43,026 nucleotides of DNA. Source: Alistipes sp. (GTDB taxonomy: Bacteria; Bacteroidota; Bacteroidia; Bacteroidales; Rikenellaceae). Positions 36,814-43,026 of this stretch are shown here, one piece after another (within the stretch, counting starts at the first letter, position 1; each line of letters starts with the position of its first letter). The notes beneath the pieces are model-generated. The model ran no database searches. It was not told the origin of the DNA and worked only from the letters and a program-made list of their open reading frames with translations. The stretch spans positions 1-43,026 of the forward strand of contig JAFWBN010000092.1 in NCBI GenBank assembly GCA_017507075.1, read 5' to 3'. The translations under genes and the position numbers were made by a program.

Positions 36814-38784
36814 CTACTGAGCGATAAGTATAACTCCTGCACAAGGCTGTACGGTAATTTTACCATCTGCAGCCTCGTATTGACCCAAGCCGCTGACAGA
36901 GACTTTATCTTTATCTGCTACCAGCGTATAGTTACCCTGAGGGATATCAAAGGTTACACTCTGTTTCTCGCCGTTCATAAGCACAACGATACTCTGCGCA
37001 GTGTCTATCTCTTTAAGGTCTTGCAGAACAAAACCTACGGCTGCATCATAACTACTCTCGATAAATTTAAGGTGCTTGCGCACTGCCTTAGCACTGCCAA
37101 GAGAGAATGCCGGATGAGCTTTGCGCAGTGCAATAAGGCCCTTGACATACTCTACAAGGTCGCTGTATGTATGTTTTAGCGACCAATCTATCGCGTTGTA
37201 CTTATCAGGCAGGTTGTATGTGTTCTTCTCGCCAAGTTTTGAGCGATACATCTCCTCGCCACAGAAGATAAATGGCACACCCTGAGATACAAACACGCCA
37301 AGATGTGCAAGTTTTGCCATTTTTATACGCTCTGCCTCTGTTGCATCAGAAGAGAGATGCTCCAAACGGTCTCGCAGGTTGTGGTCGTCATGACATGTTA
37401 CATAGCTTATATGCTGCATCGGAGAGGCGCACCACGCCTGCTCTGCATGATTTACCTCAGGATGTTCAACACCTCCTACAATACCGAACTTCAAAGCCTC
37501 CTTATTACCCTTTACGCCATGAATAAAGCCTCCGCTTGACAAGTCAAGTGTTCCACGCAGTGCATTTCGGATATCATCAGAGAAGGCGGCAACGCCCTCC
37601 ATGCGGTGTGTATATCGCTTAAAGGCGAGTTTGCTCTCATCATAGAGTGGAGAAGAGGCTGCCCAGCCCTCGCCGTAGAGCAGAATATCAGGATTAAGGG
37701 CCTCAAGACGCTTGCGGATGATATTCATTGTCTCAATATCGTGTATCGCCATAAGGTCGAAACGGAAACCGTCAATATGGTACTCCTTGACCCAATACTC
37801 AAGCGACTCGACCATATATTTGCGCATCATTGCCTTTTCGCTGGCCGTCTCATTACCACAACCAGAGCCGTTGGCAAATGTTCCATCTTCACACATGCGG
37901 TAGAAGTATCCAGGCACTGTAAGTTCAAAACCGCAGTTTTCGGTGCTTGTTGTGTGGTTATACACCACATCAAGCACTACGCAAAGACCGGCATCGTGCA
38001 TAGCCTTTACAAGGGTTTTAAGCTCGCGGATGCGCGCCTTAGGGTCGGCTGCATCTGTTGAGTATGTACCCTCCGGAGCATTGTAGTTCTTAGGCTCATA
38101 GCCCCAATTGTATTGGTCTGTAGGACGAGATTCATCTATAGAGCCAAAGTCTGCTGTAGGAAGTAGGTGTACATGTGTTACACCCATCTCTACAAGGTGG
38201 TCTATACCCGTTGCAAGGCCCTCTGCCGAGCGTGTGCCGCGCTGTGCCATACCTAAATACTTGCCCGGATAAAGAGTCCCTGCCGATGCGTGAGCTGTCA
38301 TATCACGATAGTGCATCTCATATATCACTATATCCTCCCTCTTTATCTTGGGGCTGCAATCACTCTGCCAACCCTCAGGATTTGTGCTGTTAAGGTCGAT
38401 TATAGCACCTCTATTGCCATTTACATCAATTGCACGAGCAAATATACCTGCAGTCTCTTTCAGAGTCTTTCCATCAACTGTTACCTGGAAGGTGTAGTAC
38501 ATACCGCACTTATCTCCCGCAGCTGTTGCTCTCCATAGACCGTTTTTATACTTCTCCATTGCAATCTGCTCACTTAAGGTGTCGCCTGTATAGAGTCGTA
38601 CAACAACAGACTCGGCTGTAGGGGCCCATAACTCAAAATTTGTAGCCTGAGGTGTATAACTCATCTCACATATCGGAGTCTGAGGAACGGCATACTCCCC
38701 TGCCGGGGTTTTGGTTGTGCAAGAAATTGTTGCAAGGGCAGCTATCACGGCTACTCCATAGGCTATTAGACTATTAAAGTTCAT
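36814..38784 (-). CDS. pulA: Type I pullulanase (GH13), lipoprotein
   Basis: Lipobox TISC; LWAPTA, YNWGYEP, DVVYNH, GFRFDLM, YGEGW and YVTCHDD motifs. Confidence 0.92.
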   Translation of the reverse strand: MNFNSLIAYGVAVIAALATISCTTKTPAGEYAVPQTPICEMSYTPQATNFELWAPTAESVVVRLYTGDTLSEQIAMEKYKNGLWRATAAGDKCGMYYTFQVTVDGKTLKETAGIFARAIDVNGNRGAIIDLNSTNPEGWQSDCSPKIKREDIVIYEMHYRDMTAHASAGTLYPGKYLGMAQRGTRSAEGLATGIDHLVEMGVTHVHLLPTADFGSIDESRPTDQYNWGYEPKNYNAPEGTYSTDAADPKARIRELKTLVKAMHDAGLCVVLDVVYNHTTSTENCGFELTVPGYFYRMCEDGTFANGSGCGNETASEKAMMRKYMVESLEYWVKEYHIDGFRFDLMAIHDIETMNIIRKRLEALNPDILLYGEGWAASSPLYDESKLAFKRYTHRMEGVAAFSDDIRNALRGTLDLSSGGFIHGVKGNKEALKFGIVGGVEHPEVNHAEQAWCASPMQHISYVTCHDDHNLRDRLEHLSSDATEAERIKMAKLAHLGVFVSQGVPFIFCGEEMYRSKLGEKNTYNLPDKYNAIDWSLKHTYSDLVEYVKGLIALRKAHPAFSLGSAKAVRKHLKFIESSYDAAVGFVLQDLKEIDTAQSIVVLMNGEKQSVTFDIPQGNYTLVADKDKVSVSGLGQYEAADGKITVQPCAGVILIAQ

Positions 38785-38837
38785 ACAAATATGTAGTTTT
38801 AGTTAATAATGCATTAAACAGTGTTATCAATGCAAAA

Positions 38838-39323
38838 TTACGATTTTTTACTTACTAAGCAAATATTTGACAATATAAAACATTTTGAAGGGCCTAATAA
38901 GAGTAATGAGTGGAGCGTAGAGAGCTGACTTGCTCTATCAAAAGGAGCAAAGACAACCTCTGTAGCAAGGTCTGCCGTTGCCCAATTACGAAGTTGTGAA
39001 GATGAAAATGAGTGGCGGGAATATCCTCGAAACGAGATAAAAAGCACTCTGTTGTCGTGGTAAGCAGCCTGCAGATGCGACGGGATTTTGCGATATAGTG
39101 AACGCCCTAAGGTAACAATAACGCTACACCCCTCAGATAGAAGAATATCAAGCACAGCGCGCTCTATTGGCGAGTGAAAACCGCTGATAACAATCTTGTT
39201 TGTGCGGGCGATTTTATGTGCCCAGCTGCTGGAGAGGTCAAGTGCTTCGGGAGGAGAGTTGCGCGAGGCGAAAAATGCAACCAAATCTCTGTTTAATAAC
39301 TCCTTATTGCCGGATAAGTCCAT
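38838..39323 (-). CDS. Short DprA/Smf (SLOG)-like protein
   Basis: GNKELL..VAFFASR, VISGFHSPIER, LGRSL and RN motifs resemble stand-alone DprA Rossmann-like domains. Confidence 0.65.
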   Translation of the reverse strand: MDLSGNKELLNRDLVAFFASRNSPPEALDLSSSWAHKIARTNKIVISGFHSPIERAVLDILLSEGCSVIVTLGRSLYRKIPSHLQAAYHDNRVLFISFRGYSRHSFSSSQLRNWATADLATEVVFAPFDRASQLSTLHSLLLLGPSKCFILSNICLVSKKS

Positions 39324-39327
39324 AAAA

Positions 39328-39582
39328 AAAGCGCAGACGCTGCATTTACTTATCCTCCATTAAGGCCTTGGCTGCCCCTTACACGAATAAGCAACACAAA
39401 CACCCACGCCGGAGATATATCGCATTAACCGAGCCAATCGGTTGTAGGATATACGACCTTGCGTGAATATTCTGTTGCCGACTTTCGTGTAAGTTAAAAA
39501 ACCGCCAAGTTTTTAATGGAGAAGAATCGTCAAAAAATACTCAATCAAATATATACAGACCCACGGTAATACCGTAAGCCGA
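39328..39582 (-). ncRNA. Putative structured 5' leader RNA, same architecture as 17449-17740
   Basis: Nested pairs CTCCATTAA/TTAATGGAG, CTTGGC/GCCAAG, CTTACACGAA/TTCGTGTAAG, GCAACA/TGTTGC, CACGC/GCGTG and AACCGA/TCGGTT, preceded by a small hairpin. The -7 element TATCTTTG is at 39585-39592. Confidence 0.7.
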
Positions 39583-39622
39583 AACAAAGATAAACAAAAT
39601 TATTAAAACTTCGAAATCAGAC

Positions 39623-39651
39623 AAAAAAAAGACCGCTCTGTGCGGCCTTTT
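39623..39651 (-). terminator. Rho-independent terminator of the DUF1349 gene
   Basis: The minus strand reads GGCCGC-ACAGA-GCGGTC followed by T8. Confidence 0.75.
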
Positions 39652-39654
39652 ATG

Positions 39655-40302
39655 CTACTTATTATTCTCCAACCACTTTAGCCTGCGAGCATCAGGCAGA
39701 TGCTTGATAGAAAAGCTCTCAAATTTTGCCTTAAAACCATTGCCATCGGGACAAGCGGCCATCATGCCCACCATAACGGGTGTATTATCCTCAAGCCAGC
39801 AGTTGCGCATCATAGTATATTTTTTGTCGTCAAAAGAGTAGAATATCTCCACTGCATCAAGTCTTCTGACAGCCTTAATCCACACAAAATCAACAGGTTT
39901 ATCAAGCTCTATAACGCTCCAATCGCTTGTTTTATGTGTAACTACGGTGCTAAGGTTATACTTACCATCAACAAACTCTATACCCGCCTTGATATAGTTC
40001 TCCTTATCTATTCGTAGCATTAGTCCCGCCTGGTCAAAGCGCACCTTATAATCGCCGGAAATCTTCACCTTAACCTCAAACTCGCCACCTCTTAGTGTAT
40101 AGAGAAAAGGTGCATCATCCACCGTAAAGCCATAGTGTGAGATACGCCAATAGTCGCTCTGTGGTGTAACATCCATTGTAAGGGTGTTATTGTTTATACT
40201 CCAACTCTCTGGCTCGTTAAACCACTGCATTCTCTCAAGCGTCTGCGCCGAGAGCGAAATTGCCGACAAGGCAAAAATAAGGGTCAAAAAGTAGTTTCTC
40301 AT
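39655..40302 (-). CDS. DUF1349-family secreted protein
   Basis: Start at MRNYFL (40302) with a signal peptide; WFNEP, DYWRISHYGF, FDQAGLM, KAGIE, SDWS and GMMAACP motifs. Confidence 0.85.
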   Translation of the reverse strand: MRNYFLTLIFALSAISLSAQTLERMQWFNEPESWSINNNTLTMDVTPQSDYWRISHYGFTVDDAPFLYTLRGGEFEVKVKISGDYKVRFDQAGLMLRIDKENYIKAGIEFVDGKYNLSTVVTHKTSDWSVIELDKPVDFVWIKAVRRLDAVEIFYSFDDKKYTMMRNCWLEDNTPVMVGMMAACPDGNGFKAKFESFSIKHLPDARRLKWLENNK

Positions 40303-40362
40303 AGTGTGTAAAATTAAGATATGTTCTCCACAAAGATAGTATTTATTCCGCAATAAAACAGC

Positions 40363-40399
40363 AAAGAGTGTGTCCAAAAACTTATTGAACACACTCTTT
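40363..40399 (-). terminator. Probable terminator hairpin after catalase
   Basis: AAAGAGTGTGT...ACACACTCTTT inverted repeat. Confidence 0.55.
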
Positions 40400-40426
40400 A
40401 TTGGAAGTCATAGAGCAAATATGCCT

Positions 40427-41929
40427 CTATCTTAAATCCCAAGCAGGATGCGCGGGGTCTTCGGCTGTAAGAGCCTCGGCAAGTGATAATCCCAAAGCCT
40501 CCGCAACACCCTGACCATAGGCAGTATCTGCATAGTAGCAGTTGCGGATATGGCGTTGTTTGATGAAAATTTCCGCATCGCCCATAGCTCTGGCGGTATT
40601 CTCGCAAGTTGCCTTTTGGTCCTCTGCAGACATCAATCGCCACAGTTTACCGGGCTGTGTATAGTAGTCGTTATCCAGTTCTCGTTCATCATAGTTATAG
40701 ACCTCGCCGTTTATCTGCAAAGGTGGCTCTTTTAGTTGTGGAGAGTCTTGCCACTCGCCATAACTATTTGGCTCGTATGAAATTGTGCGCCCAGAATTAT
40801 CGTCAGTTCGCATCTGCCCGTCGCGGTGGTAAGAGTGGTATGGGCAACGAGGACGGTTTATCGGTATTAGGTGGTGATTTACACCAAGGCGGTAGCGTTG
40901 CGCATCGCCATAGGAGAACAATCGCCCTTGCAACATCTTATCGGGCGAAAAACCTATACCGTCAATAATATTCATCGGGTTAAATGCCGCCTGCTCGGTC
41001 TCGGCAAAGAAGTTTTCGGGGTTTCGGTTAAGTTCCAGAATACCTACATCGTGTAGCGGAAAGTCTCCATGATACCATACCTTTGTAAGGTCAAATGGGT
41101 TGATATGATAGCTTCGCGCTTCCTCTTCTGTCATTAACTGCACCTGCATAAGCCAACGCGGATAGTCGCCACTCTCAATGGCCTCGAACAAATCTCTTTG
41201 GTGTGATTCACGGTCTTTGGCAATAACCGCCTCCGCCTCGGCGTCGGTTAAATTCTTGATACCCTGCAAGGTGCGCAGATGAAATTTAACCCAAGTGCGG
41301 TGGTTGTCTGCATTTATAAAACTATAAGTGTGGCTACCAAAGCCGTGCATGTGGCGAAATGAAAATGGAATACCTCTGGGCGACATTGTAATCGTAACTT
41401 GATGCAGTGCCTCTGGGAGCAGTGTCCAGAAGTCCCAATTACTATTTGCCGAGCGCATGCCCGTGCGTGGGTCGCGCTTAATGGCATGGTTTAAGTCGGG
41501 AAATTTCAGAGGGTCGCGCAGAAAAAATACGGGGGTATTATTACCCACCAAATCCCAATTACCCGTATCGGTGTAGAACTTCATCGCAAAGCCGCGAATA
41601 TCACGCTCTGCATCGGCAGCACCACGCTCACCCGCCACAGTGGAGAATCGCACAAAGCAGTCGGTCTTCTTGCCAACCTCCGAGAAAATCGAGGCTCTGG
41701 TATAAGCCGTAATATCGTGTGTAACGGTAAATGTACCGTACGCTCCCGACCCTTTAGCGTGCATACGCCTTTCGGGAATCACCTCACGGTCAAAATGGGC
41801 AAGTTTTTCGGTAAACCACGGGTCTTGCAATGTTACAGGTCCACGAAAACCGGCTGTCTGCGTATTCTGATTATCAGCTATATAACGCCCGTTCTCGGCT
41901 GTTAAGTGCTTTTTGTCTTTTTGTTTCAT
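40427..41929 (-). CDS. katA: Monofunctional heme catalase (small subunit)
   Basis: [32 protein letters not shown] and QGRLFSYGD motifs; start at MKQKDKK (41929). Confidence 0.96.
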   Translation of the reverse strand: MKQKDKKHLTAENGRYIADNQNTQTAGFRGPVTLQDPWFTEKLAHFDREVIPERRMHAKGSGAYGTFTVTHDITAYTRASIFSEVGKKTDCFVRFSTVAGERGAADAERDIRGFAMKFYTDTGNWDLVGNNTPVFFLRDPLKFPDLNHAIKRDPRTGMRSANSNWDFWTLLPEALHQVTITMSPRGIPFSFRHMHGFGSHTYSFINADNHRTWVKFHLRTLQGIKNLTDAEAEAVIAKDRESHQRDLFEAIESGDYPRWLMQVQLMTEEEARSYHINPFDLTKVWYHGDFPLHDVGILELNRNPENFFAETEQAAFNPMNIIDGIGFSPDKMLQGRLFSYGDAQRYRLGVNHHLIPINRPRCPYHSYHRDGQMRTDDNSGRTISYEPNSYGEWQDSPQLKEPPLQINGEVYNYDERELDNDYYTQPGKLWRLMSAEDQKATCENTARAMGDAEIFIKQRHIRNCYYADTAYGQGVAEALGLSLAEALTAEDPAHPAWDLR

Positions 41930-42065
41930 ATCAGGAATTTGTAAAATCTGCTCTACAAAATCCCAAAATTGTGCCAAAATAGAGACAAAATATGCGTTAT
42001 AATAGACTGACTAAGTGTCGTACCTATTCTGAATAAAACATATTAAGGCTAAGATAGCTTATACC

Positions 42066-42914
42066 CTACACTTTTTGATGTTGTTTTAGTTCTTTTCTGA
42101 GTGCGGCGGGGGTATTATTGAAGTGTTGTTTGAATAGTTTTATAAAGTGTGATATATTTGAGAAGGCGCAATGAGAACCTATTTCGGATATTGTCATATT
42201 TGTTGTTATCAGCAGTATTTTAGCTCTTTGCAGTCTTTTTTCGATAAACCACTTATGCGGAGGTTGAGCAAATTGTCGTCTAAACTCCTTCTTGAAGGAT
42301 GTCAGGGAGCGATTAGTCTGTTTTGCGAGTTGTTCTATAGAAATGTCGTTAAACAGGTTGTCGTAAATCTGTTGTGCAAATTTGCCGCTTGCTTTATCGG
42401 CTCTGAGTGATATAAACCTTTTGATACAATTGTCTTCGTCGCTAAGAATTAGGAATATCAGTTCGGTCAACTTTATCTGCTCTACCGCCTCGGTTACTCT
42501 TATGCTGTTGTGCCTAAAATATCGGTTTATGTATCCAAAGAACTCGGCAATAATAGGCGAAGGCTCTGTGGCGATAAAGTTTGTGTTTCGGCATTTGTTG
42601 CAGATATGATTACTTTGGCAAGATATGTTGTAGTTTTGCGATACAGATATTATAATCTTCTCTAAGTCTTCGGTTGAGATATAGAATACAATTTGTTCAA
42701 AGGCACCATCCTGCAGAATATTCTCTTCATAATGGAGACCCTCTCCGAAGACAAACATCTCTCCGGCAGAAAGCGTTGTTGTGCTGTCGTTTATAAAGAC
42801 TCTTTTCTCTCCTCGGATAATAAAACCGATAGCTGTACGCGCGATATTCACCGAATTTATTCCACACTCTTCCCGCTGTACTAACTTTACCAATCTTTGA
42901 TTACACTCTGTCAT
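42066..42914 (-). CDS. AraC-family transcriptional regulator (start uncertain)
   Basis: C-terminal double HTH: SIEQLAKQTNRSLTSFKKEF...PPHKW...ISEIG...FSNISHFIKLFK...TP. Confidence 0.9.
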   Translation of the reverse strand: MTECNQRLVKLVQREECGINSVNIARTAIGFIIRGEKRVFINDSTTTLSAGEMFVFGEGLHYEENILQDGAFEQIVFYISTEDLEKIIISVSQNYNISCQSNHICNKCRNTNFIATEPSPIIAEFFGYINRYFRHNSIRVTEAVEQIKLTELIFLILSDEDNCIKRFISLRADKASGKFAQQIYDNLFNDISIEQLAKQTNRSLTSFKKEFRRQFAQPPHKWFIEKRLQRAKILLITTNMTISEIGSHCAFSNISHFIKLFKQHFNNTPAALRKELKQHQKV

Positions 42915-43026
42915 TGCACAAATTTTAATTGATGACAAAAGTATAAATGATTTACCCATAATCCAACCCCGAAAACTCCATAAAACCAACTTGCGACCAA
43001 ATAGAGTATTTTTAGAACGGATAAGA

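Noticed and set aside
1-43026. tRNA/rRNA genes, integrases, transposases, prophage
   Set aside because: None was recognisable by eye in the intergenic regions or the ORF track.

Overview
This 43 kb window looks like a gut Bacteroidales (Rikenellaceae/Alistipes-like) chromosome, judged from SusC/SusD, many lipoproteins, TAnnTTTG promoters and AT-rich leaders without Shine-Dalgarno sites. In order it holds a 5' pncB fragment, a GH78 alpha-L-rhamnosidase, and a SusC/SusD locus with two fimbrillin-like lipoproteins and three tandem MBL-fold hydrolases. Next come a 12alpha-HSDH-like SDR, a fimbrillin/LRR/C-lectin-like adhesin, a panE-like gene with an in-frame TGA, and an M28 peptidase. The rhamnose genes rhaD, rhaA and rhaB flank a GDPD and a direct-repeat-bounded ~2065 aa fimbrillin-phosphoesterase lipoprotein. 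A pullulanase, a DprA/SLOG-like gene, DUF1349, catalase and an AraC regulator end the window. Two unexplained systems stand out. (1) Three small ORFs of about 50 aa share an exactly spaced Y-x2-P-x9-E-x-GF-x2-S leader, and each lies directly upstream of a type V pilin-like lipoprotein; one has a C-terminal tail that copies the tail of the neighbouring pilin. (2) Two sequence-divergent but architecturally matching ~250-300 nt structured 5' leader RNAs occur at 17.45 kb (+) and 39.45 kb (-). All calls are by eye, with no database searches run.
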